NCBI RefSeq assembly: GCF_006345805.1
Contig: NC_042999.1
Coordinates: 60,574,001 to 60,638,000 of the forward strand
DNA: 64,000 nt
Reading direction: 5' to 3'
From: Octopus sinensis
Taxonomy: Eukaryota
This document shows, one piece after another, positions 27,275 through 40,321 of this stretch; position 1 is the stretch's first letter; each line of letters opens with the position of its first letter. The notes beneath the pieces are model-generated. The model saw nothing but the letters and a program-made list of their open reading frames with translations, had not been told where the DNA came from and ran no database searches. A program made the translations under genes and the position numbers.

Positions 27275-27501
27275 TTTGTGTATCTGTGTTTGTCCTCCCC
27301 TCCAACATCGCTTGAGAACCGATGCTGGTGTGTTTACGGCCCCGTAACTTAGCGATTCGTCAAAAGAGAGCGATAGAATAAGTACTAGGTAGGCTTCCAA
27401 AGAATAAGTCCTGGGGTCATTTTCCTCGACTAAAGGTGGTGCTCCAGCATGGCCGCAGTCAAATGACTGAAACAAGAAAAGTGTAAAAGAGTAAAAGAGT
27501 A
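27006..27501 (+). mobile_element. SINE family A, full length, with an extra tail-like insert at 27181-27230
   Basis: Head GGCGCAGGAGTGGCTATGTGG, B box, core and (AAAAGAGT)n tail. Confidence 0.95.
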
Positions 27502-27839
27502 TTCTGACACGACATATTTTGCTTTTCTAAAAGATTTTCGCACAGAAATGTTTTAATTTAACAAAAACAGCAAAACGTTCCACTACAATGGATCTGCTGG
27601 TTACTAATTTAAAAAGCTCAGTGTTCACGCTTGCTTCTGAACCGATGTTAAGACGTCATCAAAAAAAGTATATAATCGAAAATTTTCTAGGACCCTACCT
27701 TATCAATTTGTTTTGGGAAAGTATTAAAATACCTTTTAGGTTTGATTTTTCCTTATAACAAATCCTTCTTCAGAACAAATAAAGGAAATATGTAATTCTC
27801 AGATCTAGCATATACAAGGTCTTTATACTTCAGGGTGCA

Positions 27840-28778
27840 TCGCCAAATTCTGTGGTTCATGTTATATAGAAGTGGGTCAACTTAATTTGTGTGTGCAGTT
27901 CAGTCCCATTATATTCTTTACAATCATGAGGAGGTAGTGGAGATGGCAACCAATCTAAGACTTCTTACAGGTCATTCTGATGAAAGAGAGTTTACTAACT
28001 ACTTTCTCGATGTAGGAAATGGTAACATTTCTGTTGTACAAAGCCTAGATTAATTCGAAATCCAACTACCCAATGACCTTTTCCTTGGAAGTGGTACTCT
28101 TTCAGATCTATGTTATTTTGTATATGTTGACCTCAAAATTAACTTCACAAACCCAGTGTAGCTTGCAAATAGAACCATTGTTACTCCAAGAAATGAAGCA
28201 GCACAATTTATGAATGATTTTCTGTTGACCATGATCCCTGGTGAGCTAAAATTATACAGAAGCTCAGATACAGCTGATAATGAAACTCTGTACCCAATCG
28301 AGTTCATCAACAAGATTACACCATCAGGATTTCCACCACACTTTCTCAAACTGAAGAAAAAATGCTGCATAATACTTCTGAGAAATTTAGATGCAACTAA
28401 TGGACATTGCATTGGCACTCGCTACATCATTGTTTACATGATCATGTTATTGAGGTTGAGGTTGCTTCTGGTCCTTACGCAGGATCAACTCTGCTAATCC
28501 CAAGAATACCACATGTATCTCAAGAAATGAAATTTCCATTACATTTACACGCAAATTATTTCCTGTCAAGCCAGCTTTTGTGTTGACGTGCGACAAGATC
28601 ACAGGGACAGACTTTTGAACAAATTGGAATATATCTTCCGACACAATGCTTCTCACATGGTCAGCTGTATGTTGCATTATCTAGCGTTCGAAAGAAGGCT
28701 AATGTAAAAATATTGACCGAGAGAAATGGAAACAGTATGATTACTGACGATTGTGTCTACAAGGAGATACTACTTTAA
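27840..28778 (+). pseudogene. Helitron RepHel PIF1-like helicase, decayed C-terminal fragment
   Basis: Motifs seen across frameshifts: TNLRL, FLDVGNG, IVTPRNEAA, YPIEFINKITPSGFPPHFLKLK..IILLRNLDATNGHCIGTR, LIPRIP, FPVKPAF, HGQLYVA and VYKEIL. Confidence 0.93.
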
Positions 28779-29041
28779 AACAAAATATATTTTTGGCAAG
28801 TTTCAGTAAATAGAATTAACGCATAAATTTTGTGTAAAGTAATATGTATTTGCGTGGAATTAAATTGGTTTGGCATATTTCAACACATGCCGAATGAATA
28901 ACATCGTTACATTAGATCATTTTAAATTCGGCTATATTTGAAGAAGTAAAGAAACACCATTCCCATGTGTTCTCACAGCATCAGGCATTTTGTGTGTGTG
29001 TGTGTGGAAATATTATCGAGTGGCTAGCAGTATATACATAT

Positions 29042-29116
<75 letters not shown>

Positions 29117-29184
29117 TATATATATATATGCATATGTGTGAGCGAGTGTGCACGCGTGTATGTATGTGTATATGCATATATATA

Positions 29185-30474
29185 CAGGGTGGGGAAGCAA
29201 AATTTACAATGAACGTTAAGTTGTTTTTTCTCAGAAGGTACTAAGTCAATTGTTTTGAAACCTAGCATATATTGATGTCATACTCATACCTAACACTATT
29301 ATCCTTACCTTTTCAGAAACTTTTGCCCATATGAGTAATCAGGAAAGCAAAAGTCAAAGAGTGTGTGATTTTCTGAAGGCACTCGTCATACCAAACGTAA
29401 TTTCAAAAATAGTTGGAGTGTCCATAAATATTGTTTATAATGTAAAGAGTAGAATGACTATGAGCAAAAATATTACATGGAAGTCTGGAAGTGGAGGAAT
29501 CAACAAAAAACGTACCAAAGCTTTTATTAAAGCTCTCAAATCCAAAATATTAAAGGATCCAACCAAATCCATGAGAAAAGTGGCAATTGAACTTGAGGTA
29601 GACAACAAGACCATTAGAAATGCTGTATAATATGATTTGAGGTTAAAATCTTACACAAGAACACCAAAACACTTGTTGACAACAGCTATGAAGGAAATGA
29701 GATTGGAGAGGTGCAAGGTAATTATTACATGGTTCAAGAAAAAGTCCTCCATTGTAACGATCTTTTTAGATGAAAAGATCTTCACTATCGATGCTGTTCT
29801 GAACAGCAGAAATGACAGATTTATTGCAAACTCAACAGCTGAGGTTAAGGGGACATTCAAAACAAAAGATCCTGTCCAAGTTATGGCTTTTGGTGTTGTG
29901 GCTTCCGATGGAAAGAAAATTCCTATAAAATTCTACAAAGCTGATGAAAGGACCAATGTTAATACTTACTACAAGACTCTGAGATACCAGGTATTGCCAT
30001 GGCTTAAAGCAAACTACCCAGATGGTAATTATGTATGGACACAGGATGGTGCTCCAGCCCCCACAGCTAGAAAAATACAAGATTTCTGCAAATCCAACTT
30101 TAGCAATTTTTTGGAATCATGTTTATGGCCGCCTTCTAGCCCAGATCTAAACTCTCTGGATTATGCTATTTGGGGCGTTTTAGAACGTGCTACCAATAGA
30201 ACATCACACAGCAATGTCGATTCTCTTAAAGATACTATTAAAGAAGAATGGGAGAAGTTGTCTCTCGAATATTTGAGGAACGCCTGTGCAAGTTTCAGGA
30301 AGCGTGTGAAGGCAGTTATTGAGAAAGAAGGGGGACACATAGAATAAAAATATTTTCTATTATGTAAATTGTCTTGTGGCAAATAAATTCTTATGACTTT
30401 CAATAAACAGATTGGTCATACACTGTCTTTCAATCCCTGCCTAAAAATATCGTAAATTTTGCTTCCCCACCCTG
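29185..30474 (+). mobile_element. Full-length DD37D (maT) Tc1/mariner-superfamily transposon, 1290 bp
   Basis: 26-bp TIRs CAGGGTGGGGAAGCAAAATTTAC(A/G)AT with one mismatch, and TA dinucleotides on both sides. Confidence 0.96.
29331..30347 (+). pseudogene. DD37D transposase with a single premature TAA at 29628-29630
   Basis: ORFs 29331-29630 and 29637-30347 are in the same frame. Motifs FLDEK, QDGAPA and SPDLNSLDY; 37 residues lie between the 2nd and 3rd Asp (counted). Confidence 0.95.
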
Positions 30475-30544
30475 TATATATATATATAAATATATATATA
30501 CATACATGGGTATGTGTATGTCCACCGGCACACGTGTGTATGCG

Positions 30545-30685
30545 TCGATTCAGCAAAAGAGACCGATACAATAAGTACTAGGCTTACAAAGAATAAGTCC
30601 TGGGTCGATTTGCTCGACTAAAGGCGGTGCTCCAGCTTGGCCACAGTCAAATGACTTAAACTAGTAAAAGAGTAAAAGAGTAAGA
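30545..30685 (+). mobile_element. SINE family A 3' fragment
   Basis: AAGTACTAGGCTTACAAAGAATAAGTCC...GTCAAATGACT...(AAAAGAGT)n. Confidence 0.88.
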
Positions 30686-30933
30686 AAAAATATATATAAA
30701 TATATTTATATATATGTATGTATGTTTGCATGAATGCATGCATATATGTATGCGTATGGGTATCATCTGATGGTTGATGTTTGATTGATTTAAGTATGTT
30801 TCTCCATTTTCTAATTTTGTATTTATATAAAGCGTGAAACACTTGTGACCCTGAGATACCTGCTCATAATTTGGGAGGGCTTCCAATATTGCAATGGATG
30901 TAGAAGAGCTTGCAAGACCCCTGAGTAACCACG

Positions 30934-30992
30934 GCAGTTTCTGCGTGAGGTAAAGCATCTGCAGTTTCTGTGTGAGGTAAAGCATCTGCAGT
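30934..30992 (+). repeat. 27-bp tandem duplication
   Basis: GCAGTTTCTG(C/T)GTGAGGTAAAGCATCT x2 plus GCAGT. Confidence 0.95.
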
Positions 30993-32680
30993 GTTCAAAC
31001 ATGAAGGAAGAAAAAGCAGTGGCAGATAGTGAGGCAGAGGAGAAAGAAAGAGAGAGAGAGAGCGAGAGAGAGAGAGAGATAGAGAGAGCGAGGAAAGAAA
31101 GATGGACAGAGAGAAATGATAAATTGAGAAAGATATAGAAAAGGAAAACTAAAAAATGTGAACTGTCTTCCAAGAATGAATATGTTGATTTAAATATCAC
31201 CAGGAATCTGATAAAAATGACCATAAGCAACAACAAGAACAACAAAAATCGAATGCATAATAGAAGCAGTGATCTTTGAAAATGAAACATTGAATTAAGA
31301 CGTATCGATGGAAATAAGTGAACAGGTTGTAATCTTCCTTCAAACTGTTATTTATTCAAGCGTTTACAGTATTGAACGGGTCAGCAACCCTCTGTAAATC
31401 TTTATATAACACGTTCTCAAGAACTACAGGATATTTATAAACGCTTGTAGAAAACAACTTAAAACAGCTGTTAGCAGCCTTATTCTACTGGTTCACAGCT
31501 GTTTAAGTAAAGCTATCTATAAATAATTAAATTCTGTATAACGATATGAAGAGAATTAACCTTTTCCTCTGTAGAGCAACCAATTGTGAAGTCAAACAAA
31601 CATAAGGTGATTGTTTTTTCTTGTATGTTTTACTGGTGTTGTTGTTGTTGTTATAGTCTTTTAACCCTAGGCTAGTGCAGATCTAGCACAACTACGATCA
31701 AGGATGTTGCAGTCATGACTAGCTTTTTCTATTCTTTCATCTTAAATGTAGGGCATGATTTGAGGGTGATTTTGCTGCTATCTTAGCAGCTCAGGTGATT
31801 ACATGATTCTTGTCCTTGTATGTCATTACCATCATCACCAACATTATTATTTATATTATTACTGAGTGAGAGAGCAGTGCATGCCATCAGAGTGACACTG
31901 GAGTAAAATATACGAAGCCCAGTATATCATGACTACCCGTCTAATATGGGTACATCAAGCACATGCATCACAACCAAAGAAATTTTAATTCTATTATTCT
32001 ATAAAATGATATTTAATTAGTTTAAATGTACACAAATGGATAAAAATAATTTTTAATTCCATTAGACATTCTAAAATACTATTAACTTTCATTCAATTTT
32101 AAAGAAGGTAAAATCGGAGAGAAGTTATGGGATAACCTGATACATCTACATATATGTATGTATGTATATACACGTATTACGTATGTATGCGGATTGGTGT
32201 GTAGACAATTTCCTGGCACTGAATAAAAGCAAATACAAGAGAATCAGTTTAATATGAATACTCGGAAGGCTCGGGCTCCATGCGGACAAGCCGCCATACC
32301 CATAAAACCAGGAACTCTACACCCTACTCATATATGTGCGTAAATTTTCACAACAGCATGTATGTGAAGACATTCCAATCGTGTAAATGAAGCTGTGCGA
32401 GTATACCCAGTTTTCTGTTAAGCCGCGCTTTGGAAATGCAAACGGTGGAGATCAATTTGAATGTTCTCTTTGTGGAGAGAAAATAATAATTGGGTTCTCT
32501 TTTTGCAATAAAGACAATTATTTTTTCTCTGTAGATACAGAGATCATAAGTACATATTTTCGTAGTATTTATATTTTCATAGAGAACCTTAGTACAAAAG
32601 TAGCTTTATCTACACAATACTTCAGATTTTCTGATGTAATGCCATGTTCTGCATAAAACATTATTACTTCATATATATTC

Positions 32681-32777
<97 letters not shown>

Positions 32778-32797
32778 AAATTTTATTCCCTCAAATA

Positions 32798-32832
<35 letters not shown>

Positions 32833-33371
32833 GTGTGTGTGTATACAAAAGATATGTACACCCATGCACAAACAAACACGTAGCATATGCCTAACTCATT
32901 TATCATCACACATATTTATGTAATAGTACCAGATAATTTGAAAAGAGATGCAGTATTAAAGATTGAAAATACAGATTTGTATAATAAATACAAAGGAGTG
33001 ACTCATATGTATGCATACAAACACACTCAAATATATGTAGGTTCACTTCTGCTTCGAATTATTTGAATCCGTCCCCTAACTAAGGAACTTGGTTACAAAC
33101 CGGCTCTTTTCCATACTTAGTTTAGTTTCTCTTCCCCGTCCAAAATCACTACATCTGTTCTATTTGCATTTTTTCACCTCTTTACTGGAACATTCCTCTA
33201 TTATATATGTAGATATGCATGCATATCTCTATGTATATATGTGTGTATGTGTTTTCTCTTTTGCTTTTTAATTTAGAGTAAATTTTGACCGGCCAACTAG
33301 TTGATAGGTTTTGAAGGAAAGCATGTTGTTTTGTTCATTATCTTTTAAATCGTTAAAAAGTTCTTGTGGAT

Positions 33372-33830
33372 TTATGTAGTCCCAAGTATCTCGATCATTT
33401 TTATAGTAGGAAGTAAAGATTTGCGTTCCTTTTCCAAGGTCCCATGTTCAGAAATACTTTCCTCTGGACGGGTTAGGATGTATTCAGTCGTTCCAGTAAT
33501 AATAAATATGAAACTAAAAGTATATCTTTCGTTCGGTATTTTCAAAACGTTTATTAGTGATCCATAAATGTTTTCCTTTTTGTATTTTTCGAACCCCATT
33601 GGCGTGCAGAGGGCAGCTGATTTTTTGCAACAGAACATCATTTTTTTGCGGTCCCATATAACAATACCTGGCCAGCTGGGTTTTAACTGAATGTCACTTT
33701 CAAACTTTAGGTTCCACCAACATTTTTTTGACTCATCGGTCTCCATATAGTCAACTTCATATGTAGGTGGTTTGTTTTTTGTTATCACGTTCCAAATCGT
33801 TCTGGCCACTGCATCATGCCTCATGAGCAG
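33372..33830 (-). pseudogene. Non-LTR retrotransposon restriction-like endonuclease (RLE) C-terminal relic, R4/Dong-like
   Basis: RHDAVA...WWN...PGIVIWD (a decayed RPDIV)...KKENIYG...FIITG. This is the RHD / PD..E / K-Y layout of RLE domains. Confidence 0.8.
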
Positions 33831-33883
33831 TTAATGTTTGGAACATACGTATTGATGTAAATGTGTGTACGCGGGCGCAGGTA

Positions 33884-33952
<69 letters not shown>

Positions 33953-33984
33953 TCTGTGTGTGTGTGTGCGTATGTATGTACTCG

Positions 33985-34220
33985 TAACCCTACGGCTCAT
34001 AGGACGGGTTACCTGCTTTCCATGTCGTATAGGTGACCTACATCACAACACTTTCCCCTGAGCGTCACAAGGTTAATCATTTTCAGCTACGTAAACTGAC
34101 ATAACGCTGCGAAATGCAGAGTTCTCTTAAAGAACACAAGGGTCTGTGCGGCCCGGGAATCGAAACCACTATGTTGCTATCTTGAGTGCATCACCCTAAC
34201 TGCTAGGACACGCACTCACG
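33985..34220 (-). mobile_element. Degraded tRNA-headed SINE
   Basis: GGGAATCGAAACC B box and CCCTAAC..CTAGG A-box region, reverse complemented. Similar to 39110-39352. Confidence 0.55.
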
Positions 34221-34440
34221 TATGTTTTTACATGTGTATGTATCAGCATATCAAAAACAGGTTACAACTATGCTGCATGTCTAATATCTTCTGAAGTATA
34301 TATTACCATAATTTATAAGGTTTCTCGAGTCGATACTGGATTTTAATGAGTGGGGTAATTTCTGCTATAAATCTAATGGGCTTTCTTTAGTTAGTTCGTT
34401 TTTAATTCTCTTAACTTTTAATTCTCTATTTACTCGTATA

Positions 34441-34730
34441 TTATTTATGCTCCCTTTTCAAGTCTAGCCAGGCTCATGGGCCCGTATGTGTTCCCTTCAG
34501 CTGGACGGGACGCCAGTCCATCGCAGCGTTACTCAAGAAACAGGAAGAGAGAGTGAGAGAAAGTTGTAGGGAAAGAGTACAACAGGGGTCGCCACTAGCC
34601 CCTGCCACAGCCTCGTGGAACTTTTAGGTGTTTTCGCTCAATAAACACACACAACGCCCGGTCTGGGAATCGAAACCGCGATCCCCCGAGCGCGAGTCCG
34701 CTGCTCTAACCACTGGGCCATTGCACCTCC
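34441..34730 (-). mobile_element. tRNA-derived SINE family C
   Basis: Reverse complement of the head GAGGTGCAATGGCCCAGTGGTTAGAGCAGCGGACTCG and the B box GGTTTCGATTCCC. Confidence 0.92.
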
Positions 34731-36164
34731 ACTTACTCGTATATATTATAATGATATACGACTCAGGCTGGATAACATGGAATCTGGTATAACCATAACT
34801 ACTCCTTGACATGACTAGCTTAGTTTATCGAATCTGGAACAAAATGCGATATATATACCCAGCAGGATTTAAACTCAGAGCGTAAGCGGATGTAGTTTAA
34901 TATACTTACGTATTTTCCGTTTGACTTGTACTGTACATTTTTTCCTAACGACTACTTCTATGCCACAGCCACAAATTCCGTTTTCTCAACTAATCCTGTA
35001 TATAAAGCGAAGCAACGTTGTTGGAATATGAATTTTGTGTTGAAAGCTCCTTATCTCAATCTTATAAGGTCTCTAACTCATCCCTGAAACCATCTGAACG
35101 AACACTATCTTTCTTTGTTTTATTACATAGGTATGAACATTTTTAAAGAGGTTTGGCAACTCTAACTTGTAATGGCTTCTTGCAAAAGAAATGATATTCC
35201 AGAAAGAAAATTAAATATGTAGCAACGAAGCCGCATAATAGTTAGAGAAAAAGTGCTAACGAAATTTATCATACATTAATGCTAAGAAAAAGATACATGG
35301 AAGATATTTGAAATACACTCACAGCCACAATTACAGATATTTCACTGACGTTACAGTTACAGTACTAGTGGTAATAATCTCTGCATTTGGCACAATGACA
35401 TATATTTTAAGAAGAGGGTAGTAAAGTTGTTACTATTTTTCTAGCTGTAGGTAGAGAGCTGTCAGAATAGTTAGCGTGTCAGCATTGTTTTCCGATTCTT
35501 AACATTCACAGTTCAAATTACCGCTGATATAGACTAGCATATTCTTTCGAGGTCGAGATATTAATAAAATACAACATAAAATAATGTCAAGTATTGTAAT
35601 CGATGTATTCAACTAACACGCTGTCTCAAAACTGAAGACCTTCCAAATCAATAAGGCACAAACCTAGCAGAATCGTTATCGCATTAGGACATTAGTTCAA
35701 ATCACACAGATTTTAATTTTTTTTTATTTTAATTTAATTTTTTTTTTTTTTTTTGCCTTTCGGGTTTGGGATAATGCAGTACCAGTCGAGTAATGATCTC
35801 GAGTTAATCGTTTAACCTCTCTCTTCAAAATAGGTGTCTTTGTGCCAAAATTTGAAACCAATATGGCGGTGATCTAGAAGAGTCGTAAACTAATCCTTTG
35901 CTAATGTATGCTGTTGTCTCCCAGATTGATAATAAATTATCAGGAGTTTGCAGAACAGCGAAAATTTTAAAATATCAAGTTGAACACATTCATCTTTAAT
36001 ACATTTCAGTACATGTTAATTGCTTTTGCATCTGCTCCCTGTGTACATGATACTTTATCTGTACGGGTCGCCATTATATAAAACAAAAATTGGGAATTTA
36101 TTAACACTGATCATAAGACAAATCAAGGGAGATAATACACTTCTTGTATGTATGCGCTGTATAT

Positions 36165-36683
36165 CATCAGCTGTATTGTTGTTGTGACTCCCTTCGGTCA
36201 TGAATGACCATGGGATTGCACCTAGAAAGTTACCCTCCGTGGCACAATCTGGGTAAGGTTGTTTATGGAAGACCAGCAGTCGCCTACGCATACCAGCCTC
36301 CCCTCTCCACACCACCAATGTTATCCAAGGGAAAGGCAAACTCCGGTACACTTTGGCACCAGTGACGTCGCAGCTCATTTATTAACGTGCAAGTGGCCTT
36401 CACAGACACGTGTACCCTTAACGTAGTTCTCGGGGAGATTCAGCGTGACAGAGTGTGACAAAGCTGGCCCTTTGAAAAACAAGTACATCAGAAACAAGAA
36501 GATAGAGTGAGAGAAAGTTGTGGTGAAAGAGTGCAGCAGGGTTCACCACCATCCACTGCCGGAGCCTCGTGGAGCTTTAGATGATTTTGCTCAATAAACA
36601 CTTACAATGCCCGATCTGGAAATCGAAACCGTGATCCTACGACCGCGAGTCCGCTGCCCTAACCACTGGGCCATTGCGCCTCA
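36165..36683 (-). mobile_element. Composite of a SINE family C head/body with other SINE-like 3' segments
   Basis: Family C head at 36620-36683 and body to about 36490. The segment at 36405-36480 is shared with 20440-20500. Confidence 0.8.
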
Positions 36684-37944
36684 TCAGCTGTATATAGACA
36701 TCGCTAATTCTTAAAGACACTGTAGCAATAGTTTTAAGATATCAGATGTTGCCCCCACCCCGAAATGACACTGATTATTAATTCCGAAAAGGTGCTGATT
36801 ATCATTAAAATATTAAAAGCATATATATAAGTAATAAATAAATAAAACAAAGGGTTTATTGCAATGATTAGGGTCTTATAATATTAGGAATTAGCTAACA
36901 TTGCTATATGGCTTGTGCAGAAAAATATTCAAACTACATTTTATTTCTTAAATAAAACGTTGACGTTGCTTTATGATTAATATATAATATAAATATTTAA
37001 GTTAAGCTATTCTCATTGATTAATTCTTAATTAAAATATGTGCTTTAATAAAATAATTTTATTTCTAGCTTCACATAAAAGATTTAATATTACAACTTAA
37101 TAAACGCATCCATATATACTCCCGCATCAGCTGTGGTATACAAACCAACTCATATCCTATTGATTCCTATTAGATAGCTACTCTTTCTTAGATGAGGCAT
37201 TCAAACACAACGATCTTCTCACCAAGGAGAAATCGCTGTATTTATTTGTGATATGCCAACTATATTGACATTATCGTGCGTATATTCAATAACATTTCTT
37301 TGTAAACTGCAGCGTTATCAGTAATAGCGCGCCAGAATATTAATCGATGACTTTCTTCACATTATCAGTTGATAATTTCACGCCTAAAATGTAGGTCACT
37401 GTTGACATATACACATTATCTTTAACAGTGACGAGCTACAAGAAAGAAAGAAAAAAAAGAAGAGATGGGGAAAATAAAACAATGAAGAATGAATAAATGA
37501 GAAAAAAATAGCAACGGATCGTTAAGGAAATAATCAGAAAAGGGAAAATAATTGCATAGAAGAATCTTTTCAATAGAGCTCATTTTATATGCACTCATTT
37601 ATATATATATATATACATGTATATATACATGTAGATGTCGGTACGTACATATATGTTTGTATGTATGCATATATTTTATTTATTACACTATATATATATA
37701 TACACACAGACAGACGCGTGCGTACCCACGCACACTCATTCCCACACATATATTTATACATAAACATAGATACATATATAACATAGACGTACATAAACGC
37801 AACCTACCTGCAATTAATTATTAAAGTGATTTATATCTATGATTTATGACTGCAAGTGTATATGTCACTGCAGTTATTTGTATAAGCACAGTACATATAC
37901 ATACATACATGTATACATATATATATGTATGTATGTATGTATGT

Positions 37945-38285
37945 TTAAGATGTGGCAGCTACGAGAGTCGAACATAAAGGTTTCTCCTGCTGTCATCGGA
38001 GCATTGGGTTCAATACCAGCCAATCTAAAAAAAAAAACAATAAAATCATCTGTAAACTTTAGAAATACCCTACAATCCAGTTGTCTTGCAAAAGTCGGCA
38101 TTACTTGGAATTGCACGCATATTGCATAACGTACTGTCAGTCAGAAGTCCTTGTGACTTGACAAACAGTACAAATCCCCGGTAGACACAATATCTTTAAT
38201 CAACAACCTCACGATATTGTATACTGTGCGACGTTTATAATAATAATAATAATAATAGTAATAATAATAATTATTATTAATAATA
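37945..38285 (+). mobile_element. 3' end of a Dong/R4-like LINE with a (TAA)n tail
   Basis: KMWQL..IKVSPAVIGALGSIP...LEIPY..VLQKSALLG..HILHNVLS, then a short UTR and a (TAA)n tail. Confidence 0.85.
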
Positions 38286-38294
38286 TTAATCATG

Positions 38295-38566
38295 GAGCAT
38301 AGTGCCGGTTTCCCGGTTTCCTTGGCGTATAGGTTCCCCACCTGGACGGGACACCGCTCCGTCGCAGGTGAGCTGCAAGATGCAGAAGGAAAGAGTGAGA
38401 AAGTTGTGGCGAAAGTGTCAGCAGAAGTTCGCCATTACCTTCTGCCGGAGCCGCGTGGAGCCTAAGTGTTTCGCTCATAAATATACACATCGCCCGGTCT
38501 GAGATTCGAACGCCCGATCCCTCGACCGCGAATCCGCTGCTCTAACCACTAGACCATGTGCCTCCA
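38295..38566 (-). mobile_element. SINE family C
   Basis: Head and body align to 34441-34730. Confidence 0.9.
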
Positions 38567-38604
38567 CCACCACCACCACCACCACCACCACCACCACCAC
38601 CACC

Positions 38605-38648
<44 letters not shown>

Positions 38649-38657
38649 AACAATAAC

Positions 38658-38697
<40 letters not shown>
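38565..38697. repeat. Graded trinucleotide array (CCA)n-(CAA)n-(TAA)n
   Basis: Directly visible. Confidence 0.97.
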
Positions 38698-39109
38698 GCT
38701 ACAACTTTATCCATATATAGCATACAAATTTATACTAGGTGGACGGGATTGAAAAAAGAAACACGTGAGTGAAAGAAGTACCAATTTATAGAAAGCACAC
38801 ATACGTATGCACAGAAAGAAAGAGTGAGAGTAAAAATGTTTTCTTCGTCTGATTACAGTTCCTCAAATCTCCATAATCCTCTGTTCTAATTACGTTTCGT
38901 AAACAGCATTGCTGAAAATAATATATGTATATTTTGGTCTGGCAATTTTCCCAGAACATCTGTGGCCTGATTTGTCAATCGCAAATAGACTGCTGACGTA
39001 GTTTTAATTAATTGTCTATCAACTAAGTTCACTCAATAATTATTTCTCATATATTCCTCAATCGACATATCATTTGCAACATGTTACTTTAGGTAAAAAA
39101 AAAAGGTAA

Positions 39110-39352
39110 GTGACCTTCTGGTGTCATATCGACTCATAACGGCTGGTTTACCGGTTTCATGGCGTATAAATTCCCACCCGGGACAGGATGCCAGTCCGTT
39201 GCAGGATCACTCATTTTTGTCAAATTATTGTGCTGGAGCAACGTAAAATGAAATGTTTTGCTGAAGAACAACGCGTCGCCAGGTCCAGGAATCGAAAACA
39301 CACTCTTACGTTTATGAGGCGGACATCCTATCCACTAAGCCACTCACTCCAC
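39110..39352 (-). mobile_element. Degraded tRNA-headed SINE
   Basis: GGAATCGAAAAC and CCACTAAGCCA are reverse-complement Pol III boxes. Confidence 0.6.
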
Positions 39353-39522
39353 TACGTGTTATATTAGGGTCTGAGGTGGTTTGTATTGGATTGAATACTC
39401 AATAATTTGTTTTTAGATTACGATATAAATTCATAATGAGGGGGGCGGGCACGTCGTGAAGAATCTCCTGTTTCTATTTTGTTAGCACTCACACTTCTCA
39501 GCTCTTTGTTTTAACAACTTAC

Positions 39523-39580
39523 CATCTTTCTTTAATCTGCTTATCTTCCTTCTGCTCATCATCATCACAAGGCGATTCTA
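39523..39580 (-). CDS. Candidate small exon (ESPCDDDEQKEDKQIKER)
   Basis: Donor ATG|GTAAGT and acceptor GGCTAACAG, phase 1 to phase 2. A GTAAGT donor at 39644 would define a 64-nt intron upstream. Confidence 0.25.
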
Positions 39581-39699
39581 CTGTTAGCCACAAGATGTTT
39601 TTATATATATATTTGTATTTGACGTAGGAGGGAATTTCACTTACTTCCCACTTTAGCATTCCATAGACCTGTGAGTTCTATGGTTGTGAAGCACAGGTA

Positions 39700-40175
39700 G
39701 CAAGAATCATTTTTTCCAAGTCTGAAGCGTTATGTCATTATTTTTTCTGAATCAGAAGCTCACCATCACTTTCTTTTTATCTATTTTCCTGTTCTTTTGA
39801 GCAGAAGACATTCAAACGTCTAGCAATTGGCCTTTCTGGATTGACTAACTGTTTTTTCCCTCTCTACTACAGAACCAGATTTCCGAAATGGTTTTGTGAT
39901 TTCAGGGGTCATTAAAACGTTGATATAAAGACTAAAAGCATACTCCACCCTTCGGCTTGGGTTGTCATAGCGCTCACTGCAACAAGACTTGATGTACTCG
40001 ACGTCAATGATTATATTTCTGACCATGGTCATTTTGTCTGAGATATGCTTACTGTAGCACTATCCCGCGGGTAGAAATGCAAGCCAATTGCTGTTATCTC
40101 CTCACGTTGTGATCCATATCAAAAGTAGTCATCCATATACATTTGCCCAGGCTTCTCCTAATCCATCTCTCTGGG
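39700..40175 (-). pseudogene. Possible heavily decayed transposase relic (piggyBac-like?)
   Basis: EKPGQMYMDDYF resembles the piggyBac YMDNYF catalytic region. The rest is broken by many stops. Confidence 0.2.
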
Positions 40176-40321
40176 GAAAATGGAAAGAACTACACTTTTT
40201 TTTTCGTAGCAGTGGTACATTTTCCTTCCCGACATTTTCTGGATAAATTTGTTGGGCAAGAAGCACTATATGCTGTGACGCACCTCCTACTTACGTCTTT
40301 TGTCTCACAATATTATTTTCT

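Noticed and set aside
30823-31290. 155-aa minus-strand ORF and a charged plus-strand frame
   Set aside because: Driven by a (GA)n tract and purine bias. The plus frame has internal stops and there is no domain.
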